DNA of 64,000 nt from Vicugna vicugna (taxonomy: Eukaryota), in assembly GCA_013265495.1 (NCBI GenBank), contig MU058418.1, positions 954,917-1,018,916 on the forward strand. The letters run 5' to 3'. Every line of letters starts with the position of its first letter. Positions within the stretch are counted from its first letter, which is position 1. Of this stretch, positions 1-13,059 are shown in pieces. The translations under genes were made by a program, and so were the position numbers. Under the pieces are notes generated by a model that saw only the letters and a list, made by a program, of their open reading frames with translations, ran no database searches and had not been told where the DNA came from.

Positions 1-162
1 ACCAGATTTTTGGCGTCTTTATCTTTTGAAGAGGGCGATGTTCTGTCGGAGTTCCGCAGGTGCTCTGGTTGGCTGAGTGGGTCTGTAGATGTGGGTCTTG
101 GTGTATTTGTGGGAGAGGGTGACTTACGAGCGTCCTTCTACTCCGCCATCTTGCCTCTTCTC
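1..162 (-). mobile_element. 5' end (5'UTR promoter) of a LINE-1 extending out of the window to the left
   Basis: Reverse complement starts GAGAAGAGGCAAGATGGCGGAGTAGAAGGACG...CTCTCCCACAAATACACC, the typical L1 5' terminus, with YY1 motif CAAGATGGCGG (143-153). CpGs are retained. Confidence 0.75.
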
Positions 163-519
163 GTTTGAAGACTTATTGATGAAACCCTGGCTTACATTTT
201 GTGTTCTACAGATCTTCTACTGCTTCTCACTCTAACTCCAACCCTAGTTTAACATCCTCTAATATCCTTAAAAAACTATGGAATCCACAGACTAGTAAAA
301 TTCAACTTCCCCTACCTTTATTAGCACCCAAGGTACTCATTCCCTCTTGGAAGTTGGAGCTAATCTTTGATTACTATCCCTTGTGGTCAGAGAAGACAGG
401 AATGGGATATCTTTATTCCTTACCATTTATTCTGCATAATGAATGGCTGAGGAACTTGGTTTCATGAAAATGTAGGAGATGGTGTGTGTCAGAAAGCAAA
501 GAAGGATGGGCTTGGTGTA

Positions 520-965
520 TAGGTGGATCAGCATTTCATGTATGCCCAACCCCCATCTCTCTTCCTACCTCTACTAGAGGTTTGAAAGCCAAATACTTCT
601 TTCCCAGCTCTCTAACTGTTCAGGATGCCATATGACCCAGTTCTGACCCAAAAGAATACTGCTAGAGAGCTTCTGATAAAGCATATGTTTTCCTTATTGA
701 CAGGCATAGATGTGGCTGGCATAGTCCTTTCTTGAACCCCCTTCTTCTGCCTCAAATATAGAAATGATGGTTGGACATGCAGCAGCCATCCTGAGACCAA
801 AGAGAAGAAAAGGCTGAGAGATAATATCTGTCCTGTCATCATTAAGCCACTAAAACAAAGCCAGCAGTTGCTAACTTCTGGCCTTCTTCTTGTGTGAGAA
901 AAATAAAATCCTATTTGTTTAAGGCCCTGGAATTGGTGTTTCTGATACTTTTAGCTGAACACAAA
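520..965 (+). mobile_element. Old MaLR (MLT1-type) solo LTR, degraded
   Basis: GCAGCCATC...AAATAAA..CCTATTTGTTTAAG...GCTGAACACA motifs characteristic of MLT1 3' ends. Boundaries approximate. Confidence 0.6.
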
Positions 966-1449
966 GTCTTACTGTAAACAGCCCAGTGCTGGGGGACAGA
1001 ATATTCCTGAATGACAGGGCTATCCTCTTTGATTTAACTGGCCAAAGTAATGCAAACAAAAAGTTAATTCAAACAATGAAAATGGTTGGGCTTTCAAATG
1101 TTCATACAAAGCAAATCAGATTTCTTATATCTGGCAACCCAGGCCAGAGTGACTCAAACTGAAAAATTCTCGATCAAGATTTTTAAGTCAAAAGAGTGAA
1201 ATTTTGAGCCCAGTTTTTAAATACTTCTTTGATTCCAAATGGCAAGACACCAGGAAGTGTTATTGCCTGCCATGTTTCTTGTCATAGAAAAGGATTTGGA
1301 GTCAAGAATCAGCAGACTTGAATTTTGGTTCTGTGTGTGCCCCAAGTCACCCTGTGGTCCCCATGTGTCACTTCTGTATACAATAAGGGAAATAATAAGT
1401 ATCACTGGTAAAAAGAAATACTGTACTTGAAGATATACTTTGAAAAGGA

Positions 1450-2500
1450 TGATGTGCTATCTCCTAGTGAAATGCCTAATTCAAACAATGCTTAAGAGGG
1501 TGATGGGAATTTTACCATGAGGGACTGACATCATGTGAACCCACTAATCAGTCTGAGCTTCACTCAAAACAGAATGAGACATTGTGGGTCTCCTGGTTGG
1601 TGCAGTATGAAATTCATCTCTGAAATACTCTTGCCCAAAAAATGAAAAGAAAAAAAAAACCTGAATTTAGTAAAAAAAAAAAAAACTTAGAACTTCTAAT
1701 CTTCAGGAAATATAGAAGAAAGAAAAACAAGTTAAATCTCTGCTTCATTGACATATGAAAGCTCTGCTAAAGGATGCCATGAGGAAGCAAGAAGGCAAAT
1801 TCAGAATGTGGAACATTCCTCAGAACAACTGACTTGGTTTCTTTAAAAAAAGTCAATGTCATATGAAAAGAAAGGGGAGGAGAAAAGAGGGACTATAGTA
1901 AAAGATTTCAAAAGACTCAAAAGCCATAATAAAAACAAACCAAAAAACATTTTTAAAAAATTTAAGAGCAGTACAATCAAAGACTTGTTTGTATCCTGAT
2001 TCAGACAAACCAACTGTAAAAAAATTTTTTAGACAATTAGAGAAATTTTAATATAGACTGAATATTGTATACTAGAGAATTATTATTTTTCATTAGGTGT
2101 GATATTGCCATTGTGACTATGAAATGCCATTTTTTTGAGATGTATAATGAAGTGTTTAAGGGTGAAATGACATTTGATATCTGGGATTCACTTTAAAATA
2201 TCCTAGCCAAAGCAAGAGGGAGATAGGTGGGGAGGATATAGCTCAAGTGGTAGAGCACATGCTTAGCATGAATGAGGTCCTGGGTTCAATCCCCAGTACC
2301 TCCTCTAAAACCAAATAAACCTAATTACCTCCCCTCCTAGAAATTTTTAAAATAATAAATAAAATATTTTAAAAAGAGGGAGATAGGAAACAAGAAGGCA
2401 AATGTGATGCTTATCGGGATTCGATGATGGATTCATGGGGAATTATTATATTCTACTTTTGTGTACAGTGGGAAATTTACACAATAAAATCTATAAAAAG
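1450..2500 (+). mobile_element. Ancient L1 (L1M-type) 3' end fragment, interrupted by a SINE
   Basis: A-rich sequence with L1M 3'UTR-like motifs (GTATCCTGATTCAGACAAACCAACTGTAAAA; TATCTGGGATTCACTTTAAAATA). Confidence 0.6.
2228..2373 (+). mobile_element. tRNA-derived SINE (camelid Vic-1-like)
   Basis: A box TAGCTCAAGTGG, B box GGTTCAATCC, A-rich tail. Perfect 14-bp TSD AAGAGGGAGATAGG at 2214-2227 and 2374-2387. Confidence 0.92.
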
Positions 2501-5199
2501 AAAATTATAACATGCTATATAATGTGACATTTTATTCAAGTTTGCTATTTTCTACTGAATATTAATTCGTGGGTTTTCAAAATCTGGATATAGTATAAGC
2601 AGATTTTCAGTTTTCACATAAGGGATGATAAAGTTCCAAACAAACCATTTGGTACTCAGCTCTTCCTCATACCCTGAGAATGCCCAAGAAGCTTCTTCTA
2701 AAGAGCAGGCCTGTGTCTTCAGTGCACAAAATGAAGCAAAATCATCTGTGTGGACTACAATCCAGACAATTCAGTCTTTAAGTGTATATTCTAACCTGAA
2801 TTGTGCAGTTTGGCAGTCTCAAAACTTAAACTGCTTTAGTAATTGTACATTTTTCTCTTTTCTTTATATTGTTTAGACTCCGTCCAAATAGGAAAAAAAT
2901 AAATCATCTCTGATGTTAGCCAGAGCAGCCATGAGACATTCTGGCTGTTTTCAGGACAGTGGCTGCTATACTAGGATGTACTGAGTGTGTCATGATGCTC
3001 TAATAAACAGGAAAAACTGAAGAGGATCCAGTTGACAAGAGTTCATGAAAGCTTTAAAGAAGAGATGGGGTGGTCTGAGGAGAGTGCCCTGTGCCAAAGT
3101 TAGGTCATCACAGTTCTGCCTCTTGCTCCAAGGGTGGCCACAGGAATTATGATTCACTTACCAGAGTTCTCTTTGTTGACTTGGTATCCCTCATCTCAAG
3201 CCTAAGTCATCATTTGGGTTAGATCTGGGTCAAGGTTCAAGCCAGTGATGGGAGGCAAGGTCGAGAAATTGGAAGGAAAAAAAAAACCAATAACAACCCA
3301 AAAAACCATGTAGTGTCACTGACAAAAACCTGTGGGATATAGTGCTGCCTACTCTCACAGGAACACATACTTATTAGTATTTCCCACAGCCAGTTTCTTT
3401 GGCAAATTTGTGCTACAACTATTTCATTAGTTTTGTTAAGAGAGGCTATTTGCCCTCTATTCCAGGGAATCAAACTGATCCTTCTGACCTGCTTCTCTCA
3501 AAGCAGATTTCAGAACAACTATGCTCTCTGCATGTCTGCCTGCTCCCATCTCCCTCTCCCCCATGTTTGGCACTTGCATTGGAGAATCACAAGCACAGCA
3601 TGTAGGTTTTTCTTCTTATTATACATGCAAACACAGCCTCTGACAGCATCTTCATCATATCTCTTAGCAAAGGTTATTCTCAGCTGCCAAAGAGTGGCTA
3701 TAGTTCATGCCAGATTCCAGAAAGACTAACCCAGAACCACCCTGCTCCAAGGCCTGATTTATAAGCCCAAACACAATCTTAGAGAATAGTCAACAATTCA
3801 ATGAATATTTCCTGAGAACTCACCCAAGGCAAAGTTCTGGATAAACGGATGATGCGGGGCAGGGTGAATTTTCAGAAAAAAATGCTTCTGGCATGTCATA
3901 GATACAGGAGAAATAGGGTGTGTGGGAAAAAAAATCCCTGTATTAATACCAAGACATACAGAAGAGTATGGAAGATGAAGCAGAAAGATAAGGAGGAAGC
4001 AACACAAAGGCATATCTTGATAGCAGATTCCAGAAAGGCTTTTAAAAGAGCTCAAGGACACAAATGCCACCTTTGCACCTCCTTAATTAACCGAACTGTT
4101 CATTCCAAGCAAACAGTGACTTGCTCATCAGTGAGATCTTTCTCTTTGATGTTACCTTTTCTTTCTTCTTTTAACTGTTTGGTCCTGGACATGGCAGAGG
4201 CTTCAGTACAGAGGTTCTCCCTTCACTGTTTTGCTCTAGTGTCTAAAATACTACCATCCCTTGGGCAAAAACCTTGTGCCCTAGATGTTTCTCATTAAAG
4301 TTCAACAATAAAGAAATACCAGAGAGGAATGGGGCTTGTACTCTAAGCCATTATTCCCCTTGGTTGGTTGGATTTTTGCCTTAGTTACTATCACCTAGCT
4401 AAGACTGAGAGATTAGGATGGTGGGAGGCAGAGCTTTGTTTAGAGTAAAGAGGAGGAAGCTTCTGGAACCTGGCTGCTCTCTGAGACAGGCTGGCAGTGA
4501 CTGCCAGTGTCCAACAGAGACCTCCATCTGCCCTCTGTAATCACAGAACTTCCAGAACTCCACTGGAGAGAAAGAGAAGAAATCAGACCTCCCTGCTTGA
4601 CCAGTGACATTAATCAGACCACAAGCATTGAGGATGCATATTTGACCCAAGGACTCAAAAGGATTTGCTCTCTCATTCTTAGTTCTCTCCACCTGAATTC
4701 CACCTGCTGCGAGATACAGTCTCTCTACCTGAGAGGTGTGATCTCTACTATTTGCTGCCTCTTCAATTTTCCTTTTCCTTAATTACACTCTCTCTTTCCT
4801 TTCTTCTCCCCTTCCCTCTCCCGTGTACAAACGTTTGGGTGTGAAACTCTCCCAAGCCTTTTTTATATCCTTAAATTTTCATTCTCTTCCACCAGGGGTC
4901 GGCTTTGTTTCTTTTTTCTGAGCTGATGCGGCTCCCACAGGGCTAGAGATCTTAGTCCAGAAACATCCCTGTTTTTGGAAGTGTCAGAGATTCGGTAGCC
5001 AGGCCACAAGCAAGATGGGCCCCTGTGCCACAGTTACCTGAATGAGGAGGGAGCCCACCAAGGGGGAGGCTGGAGTCCTCTCTGCCACCAAAATGCCCGT
5101 TCTCCGCCCCATTTGAGGCACGGGAGTTGGATCAAGTCTCCTGGGTTGGGTGTACCAGGAAGTGTTAGGACCAGTGGGGTCAAGACATCGAGACAGCAA

Positions 5200-6700
5200 T
5201 ACAAATACCTAGGCGGTGTGCACAGCGGCTGCAGGCTATGTCTGCGACTCAAAATCCTACGGAAAAGAAGTGCCTGCAGGTCCCGCCCACTTTCCTTTTT
5301 GCGGGGGTGGGGGAAACAGAGGGACTTAACCCCGCCTGGGTCAGAGCCCACGAGGTTGAGTAGGTTGGGAGAACCGAAGCTGAACGCTCAAGACCTGACA
5401 GCCTACGCCAGGCCCAGGTGCCAGCCGAAACTACGCGCCGAGGGTAGGCACGGCACTGCCAAACTCTGTGCCCTCGAAGGTTCCCCCAGCTGGCCCGGGT
5501 AGCAAGCGTGAGCAGCCAAAGCCCATTTCTCTTTGAAACCACGATGGGACATTCGTCTTCAAAAGCCTTTTCCTCTTCTTGGTGTTGAACCTGTTTCTTC
5601 CTTCTCATTTTTATGCCTCTGGCTGCAAACCAAGAGAGGCGCCCAAATGTAAAAGTCAAGTCGAATTTTAAAAAGCGTTCGGCTTGTGCGCTCCCAGCAA
5701 TAGCACCCCCCCACCCCGCCGTTAAATTGTGTTTCAAAACAACATGGTGACTTTTGTACAAGATTTTTCTGTTTCACCCGTACCACAATAGAGATGCAAT
5801 GAATGCGGCTGGTGAAATGTTTGGCTGTGTCAAATTCAGTCCCGTAGGCTGGCTTGGGCCAGCACTGGGGCTCCGCTTTGTGTTATGTTCACGGAGAAGA
5901 TATTAATTAAAAGAAATACATGATTAAAAAGTAATGAGTTGAATAAAAATTATCTCAGCTCATTTTCTGATTATGTTAATTGTTAAAAACCCTTCAATCA
6001 CGCCGTTGCAGTCAATGGGCTTTAATGTGAAATTAGTGGGCTCTTGATAACTTACAGTCCAGAATAATCCTGGCGGTTTAGTCATCATTCCTAATAACAA
6101 GGATGCTGCTAAGAACAGAAATTTTACATGATTTTGATACATTCAGCCCTTCCCCCCACGTGTCATTAAAATTTAAAAAAAAAAAAAAGGCTTAGCCTGT
6201 CCGCGATTTCCAATTTATTTCACGGATCGACCACGGCCTTGGAGGACTTGAGTTTGTGTTTCGGCCCCTTTCGCTCCCCTCGCGCCGCCCCTCGTCGGAG
6301 CATCGCCGGGTTGCTGGTTGCTGGTTCCCGACTCAACGGGAGGATGCGCCTTTGCGACACTAAGCGCGCAGTTTACCCTGCTAACGGGTCCGGGACGCTG
6401 CGCAGCGCCGGAGGCTGTGCTAGGAGTAGGGTTGGGGAGAGGACAGAATTCGCAGTTACGGGGGCTGGAGGGGCCGCGCGGCTGCTTGAGGACCCGTCTC
6501 CCTGCGGCGGGCTAGTAGGGCTGTGCGTAAAAGCGTCTAGACAGCCGTGATGAGCCCTGCGGGGTTGCTGCGCAGGGGCAGGCCGAGTTTGTGGCGCTTG
6601 TGTGGGGGAGCCTACCGCTAGAGCGCTTTCGGAGCTTTGGATGCCACGGATCCCCAGAACCCAATTAAAGCACCGAGGGGACGGAGGGTCAAGCGAGCCA
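5200..6700. promoter_or_regulatory. CpG-rich island flanking an AT-rich enhancer-like block (~5750-6170)
   Basis: Visible CpG enrichment in repeat-free sequence, with no coding exons. Confidence 0.7.
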
Positions 6701-6767
6701 GGGAAAGGTTCCCCGTGCCTCAGAACCTGAGTTGCGCTCCTGAAAAAGTGCCTGGTGCAGAGCAGGC

Positions 6768-6804
6768 TGTGTGTGTGTGTGCGTGTGTGTGTGTGTGTGT
6801 GTGT
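6768..6804. repeat. (TG)n microsatellite, one interruption
   Basis: Directly visible. Confidence 0.98.
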
Positions 6805-7999
6805 AAAACTGGATCTAAAGGAAAACTAGTAAATTTGTACATGATTCTGATGAGTGATGACGGCTCAAGTTCTCAGCAGCCCCTGGCTCTCCTAGGGCAC
6901 CTCATCCGGGACCAAACTTAGAGCAGACGTTGGGAGTTGATGGGAGGGTTCATATGCTGGTCAAGGATGAAGAGGGTTGTTTCTCACATACAACATAAAT
7001 ACTTTTCACTCTTAGCAAAGGGAAAGAAGAAATGCCCTGCACTCTTTATTTGACTTCCTAGGAAACAATGCTGCGCAAATTGGGCCTGTAGGGGAGGTGC
7101 AACCGGGAGAGTTACGGGTCCTGGACCCTGGAGGCCAGAGACATGACCTCTCAGTCTCAGCCCACCTGATGCTGGACATCCAGGAACCCAAAATCTTCCC
7201 ATCTGAGGTGCTTTTGACGCCTTGGCCAACCACTACCCACCATTCAGCTGGAGTTCAAAGTATAGTATCTTCTGCAGACAGGAAGAGAGACAAACTCCAT
7301 TTTTCTCCCAAGGGAAAGAACTAAGTGGGGAAATTGCATTTCCGAGTTCTGCGTAAAATTATACATACATACATATACAAACCTCTATAGATACTGGTAT
7401 GCAAAACTCTGTGAGCTGGAGGTGGGTCAGTGAGGTGGGGGAAAGGAGGAGCAAAAGAGGTACAGATTTGATTCATTCCCAGAGTACAAGTCTCTGTTTC
7501 TTAAAGCTCTGCCTTTAAGACTGTCTAGATAGGGTGGGGGTTCTAGTTTCTTAATTTTTTTTGTTTATTTTGTACCTCCAAAAGGGCAATTTTCTTTTAG
7601 AGTTTTTTTTTTTTAATATGTTTCCACCTTCTCAAGCCCAAATGGCAATAACTCTTCCCTGGGCTTGAGAAGGTGTCAGGGACTAACTGGGACACATCCA
7701 AAGGCTTATTTGCATCCGCTGTTAGGCTGAGGATCATTTTAATAAATAACAATGAAAAGGAATGGCATCTAGAGGGCTTGTCGGCAACATTTAAAAGCCA
7801 ATAGAGTTTATAATTCTACTCTATCATTTCTTATTGATTAGAGTAATCAAGATAAAAAGCTAGCCCGCTCGGAGAACTTCAGCAGCATATCATTAAAGAT
7901 AAGAGTCAGTTAATTCTGGAGCTGGGGTAATGTGGCTGAAATGAAGAGTTCATTTGCATGAGATGCTGAGCCCAGTAACAAGGGGACAAAAATCACTAA

Positions 8000-10900
8000 T
8001 TAGGATTGCAGAATGTCGCCCTCTGCAAGCACCCTTTCCAGATCGGAGGAAGCGGAGATCCACATTTATGTAAATCTGGAGCTGGGCAGAACTCTCTTGC
8101 TCCCTTTATAGATGGAAATTATCACTACCTGCCCCTCATCTCCTACGCCATCCTCAGGCATCCAGATGCCAGACCTGGGTGGGTGCGAATCAGTCGGGTC
8201 GGATCCCCTCCTTCCCTGCGCATCCCACATTCCACTTCCCCTGCTCTCACACTCCGCGGTCACCGGTGGCCAGTTCCCCCACTCCCTTAAGGAGGCTCAT
8301 GGGCGTGTGTCTGGTGCCAGAGCGAGTCCCGCTGTCCAGTCTTTGTCTCAGGTTCTGGCCTGATCAGTGTGGCCACCTGCTCTGGTGCAGCGCCTGCGGG
8401 GTGAAGGATGTGAGCGCTGCACAGGTCCCTTCCTCCCCAGAAGCTCTGCCAAGCATCTGCCTGGGCGAAGATCCCCGAAAGAGGCATGGATCTCAGGGCC
8501 AAAGTCCGTGACCCTCACCTGGATGGCTCCTTCTAGTCCTCCCTGTCTGGCCTAACATTCTGAACGGAGCCAGTCCGTAGGTGCCCAAGGACGCGTGCTT
8601 GTGCACTTGGAGAGCTCTTCGGAGTGCATGTACTTGCGATGTCTGCCTGGGTGTGCAGGAATGTGTGCATGTCAGTGTGACTGTGTATGCGGATGAGTCC
8701 AGGTGTGTAAATGTGATTGTTTCGTAAGCTTGTTGCTGTGTGAACGTTTTTCCTGCATGTGTGTACACAAGTGTGAGAGTGTATGAGTAAAGAGTGCAGT
8801 GTGTCATGTGTACACATGTGATACTGTGTTTGTAGTGTGTGACTTGTGTGGTGCGCAGGGGAGACTACCAGCTTGGAGAAGTTCCCAAGAGGGATCAGCA
8901 CAACAGGCTTCACAGGCTGGGTGCTCCGGGTGCGGTGGGAACCAGGAGCTGCGGGTGGCTGGAGCGCGAGGTCGGGGCGGGAGCAGGAGCCAAGAGCTGC
9001 AGCGGCGCCTCTGAGGCCTGAGGGAGGCGGTGGCAAGAAAATGCCGCCTTGCTGCACATGGCCCTTTCTCACCGCCCTGCGAGCCACCAGGAGAAGCAGC
9101 CTCACCTCTTCGTCAAGGGAGGTTCTCTCGACACACCTGGGGAGAATGAAAGTAGCCGAAAGGCACCTCTAGACTGGCTTTGTAATCTAATAAGAGAAGT
9201 GGATGAGGAAGGGCCAATGAACTGCGCATTCACACCCGGGCCCCCGGCCCTTTTACTGCCGGAGGTAGTTTGGATTAAGGTCCTCCAAATCGGGTGCTGG
9301 CTGTCGACCCCGCGACGTGCGAGTAGTCCCAAACCTGGAAGTTCCTTCTCCGGAGGGAGAGAGAGAGGCGCGCGGCTGCTGGGACCAGCCCTCGCAGAGA
9401 CGCCGCAGCCTCGCTTGGAATCCGGCCCCGCGTCGTGCTTTACGTCGGTCTCTTTAGAACTAACTTTCCTCTCACGTGGTTGTAGCATAAAGGAATCAAG
9501 GCCTATGTCAGATAATTGTGGGTGTCAGCATGGAAAGTGGCGGTGTTTGCACACTTTAACAAGTCTCGCTATGTCTGCTCCCCACGGTTCCTGGCCCTCT
9601 AACACCCACCCCAGGACCACCACTCCCGGGCCACGGCTTCCTAGCAGGAGACTGCAGGCTGCGCTGATCCGGCGGGCCACAGATCTGTGCACGCGTGCGC
9701 CATGCACCTGCGCCCGTGAGGACGACCAAATTCAGAGACCTGCTCCCTCGAGGCTGCCAGGGCGTAGGCGGAGGGCGAAGGGGGCGCCCAGGGCAGTGGC
9801 TGGACCCAGGCAGGCAAGGCTGAGCCGCCCGAGCTGGAGATGCCCGCAAGGGGCGCGTTTCTTTAGCATCCACACCCCGCCCTCCTATCCCTCTCTTGAG
9901 GGACCTTTTTGTATCCATGCACAGCTGGGGGCTCCCTCACCGCCCACCCCTGGGCCTCCCCATACAGAATAAAGTCAGTCTGTATTTAATGGTTATGGCG
10001 GATGTGAGGGGGATTTGGCAGAGGCAGAAGAGAGGCCTTTCGCTCTCAAATATCGCTCCTTACGTCGTGTGAGTCTACCAACCCACCACGACCTCATATT
10101 CTTGTGTGGGTGTCTGACTCGAATGACAAGCGAGCTGATTTTTTCAGTACATAGCTGGGAAATGTAGTGAGTGATAATAGAGATTTCTCTTTCATTTTTT
10201 ACGCTTGACTTGGTTATTGTTGCTTTTCTTTTCCCGTGATTCCTTCTGAGGATTAGCTCTGACTTCCCCACTATTGGCGGTCAAAGTGGCCCCGACTCGG
10301 GATGACAATTGACGGGGATCAAGGGATTGCCCATTCTGTGCCTGTAAGAACGGATTCGTGCCAGAGAAACTCATCAAGTGGAGGCGGAGAATAAAGACCG
10401 TTCGGGGGTAAATGTATTCATTGAGAAGGGTTCTCCCAAATTGCTTCTAAGTTTTTTTAATGAAAAGTAACGATTGCAGCAATCAGCGGCTTTTTGGCGG
10501 ATTACAAATCTGAAGGGAGCTGCAGCTATGCATTGAAAAGCGCCCCCCGCCTTCGCACGGGGCTGCAGGTTCAGTGCAGGAACAGTGCGAGGGTTGGGGG
10601 TCCAGTCGCCAGACAAAGGCCGGGAGGGGGCGATCCGAGGAGGGTGCCTCCAGGCGCTCGGGTGAACACCCGGGAACTGGACGAAGTGTCATCCACCCCT
10701 TCCGAGGAAGGCGAGAGGCAGGGTGCAGAGGAGGGTGCTGAGAGAGGTTGACCCCACTATGGCCACTGGGTAAATTCCTGGCGTCTGGAGTGAGGAAGGT
10801 GTACAAGAGGCACGGAGCAGGTGACCGTGAATGGCGGAGGAACAGAAGGTGCGACCTGGTCCCCCACCTCCATCCCAGACCTGTGTATGCTAGTTTCTTC
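8000..10900. promoter_or_regulatory. CpG island without an associated coding gene
   Basis: High CpG density at 8150-8600, 8900-9900 and 10260-10860; repeat-free. Confidence 0.75.
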
Positions 10901-13059
10901 TTTTAGGGATGCCTACTTTTGCAAACTGGAACCTAAGCGTGGAAACCCGCTGGGTCTAGGTAGGACCTTTTCCAGGTGTTACAGGCAGGAGGAGGGAAAA
11001 CTGGGGCCCTGGGCAGGGGCAGAACAGTAGCCAGCAATACCCAACTGAGCTGGACCTGCACTGGCTCTGATCTCTGCTCCCACATACTTTGATACGGCTC
11101 ACAACAGTCCCATCTGTCACCGAGGAATCTGAATGCATGCCCTCACCCTCACAGAATCTGGGTGCATAGTACCCAGACCTGCACCTCGCCCAAGTCCAGG
11201 CCATGGGGATCCTAACCCCAGACTTGGAGAGTCGCTTTAGAAAATGGGAGGTAGGGGACAAGAGGTTGAAATCAGCTGCAGCAGCCTGAGGCCAAGGCAT
11301 TCATCCTGACTTTTTATACATTTATTTTTTTAATAGCATATCTTAGCAGGAGGGTGGGAGGTATGTTTTTTCACACCGACTTCTTAAAGGCTCTCTGAAG
11401 TAAATAAGGGGAGCAGAGAGAGGACGGTGGGGAAGAGAAGAAAAAGAAAGACTCTCCCCTCTCCTACCCACCCCTTCTCAAGTTTAAAAAGAATAAATCC
11501 AGCAGGCAAGTCCAGAGCCCTGAAGGTTTAACTTTTTTTCTTTGCAGCTTGTCAATGCGACCATTGCTTTGATGGGAGGCTCCTCAAGGTGACACATTTC
11601 TGAACTTCACCCCCTTTTCAAACTAACTCCCTACCTCCTTGTTAGTGGCCAGCTCTGAACTTCTGCAGAGTGTTTTTGTGTGAGTCAAGGCTCATTCACG
11701 GGCGCTTTTGTGGGCCTCTCCTCTTTTCAGGCCTCAGCGTGTTACACCAATTAAAGGGCGACGTGCTGTAAATGTAATGGGCCGCGCAGCGATTGTTTCT
11801 GACAAGCAACAAAACACATAGATCCACCCCTTAGATTAGGCCGTTGAAGGGGAGGTTGAGGCCGGTCAGTTTACTGAATAGTTTGTGAACTGTAATTCTG
11901 AGGACTCATGTGAAAAAAAGTCTCTTCCCACCTCCCTCGCCTTGCTCCCCTTCCCCAAAAGCACCAAAAAGAGAAAAGAGAGAGAGAGAGAGAAACAAGT
12001 GACATCTGTGGGGCAGAATGGGGTCACTAGAGAAAAAACCCTGGGTGGAGGGCTTGTCTGGTCATTTGGACTGTCCAAAAAGCCTCTTCAGTTCTTTCCC
12101 TTCCTTCCTTACTCTTTGAACCTGGCCCTCAGTTTTACTGGCCACAGCAGCTTTCTCCTCTAATAGTGGACCTGGTCCTCCCACATTAGCTATCAGCTCA
12201 GGGTTAGAGTGAGGAACAATCAAGTTGTCTCAGAAAATTCCACTGATTCCTTTGATCTGGTCCTAGTGGGACACCAATGAGTCACAGGCTGCAGCTTCTC
12301 CTGGCTTCCCCTCCAGCCTCTACTCCTTCTCCACAGCCCTGCATGCTGTGGAGGCCTCTGATGCCAGCACTCTGCCTGGGCTTTCTCTATCCTGCTAGGA
12401 TTTCTTCCTGTTTTCCCATGTCTTGTATCTATCCTGGCTTCTGCAACTCTGTGTCACTACTCACCTCCCCCCTTAAAGAGCACATATTTCATCTGGAAAT
12501 ACCTACTCACTCCAACTTCCTCACAAGTTTTGGGGCCAAGAGGAGTGACTTGTCCAAGTTCACAAAGAAGGTGGCTGAGCTGTGACTAGAGAGTTCAGAT
12601 TTCTCATCCCATCAAGCACCCACACTCCCACACTTCACTGCCCCAAGTCCCCAACCTGCCTCTTAGATGGCTCCTTGCCCCTCATCAAGCTCAGGTGATC
12701 TTGGCTCCTGAGTCTTTGCTTCTGCAGTCCTGCTTTCATATCCCTGCTCTCCCGTCCTGCCACACTCTGCCCATCCCTGGCTTTTCCAGCCCAGCTCCAT
12801 TCAACAGATAGTTATTGAATAGAAATTACATACAAAGAACATTTTGCCTTTTCTTTGGAACTTTCCCCCGCCGCTCTTATTCACTAAGTCCCCTCCCCAC
12901 TCAAACTCCTCTAAATGGAATTCCATCCCTTCCCCATCACTTTCTTTCTGGAAATCTCCTATCTATTCTTCAAGACCCTGCTCAAAAGACACTTTTGTGA
13001 AACCACCCCAGGGTGCAAAGACCTCAAGGAAGGAAGGAGGTTTAACCAAGGAACTCAGT

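Noticed and set aside
2229..2302. tRNA-like sequences (also at 32842, 35052, 58304, 63005)
   Set aside because: They have A-rich tails, TSDs in most copies and divergent stems, so they are SINE heads rather than tRNA genes.
8600..8860. TG-rich stretch giving His/Thr-rich ORFs
   Set aside because: Degenerate (TG)n low-complexity DNA.
9049..9972. 307-aa ORF on +
   Set aside because: Lies in a GC-rich CpG island where stops are rare; near-cognate start, Pro/Arg/Ala-rich, no recognisable domain.
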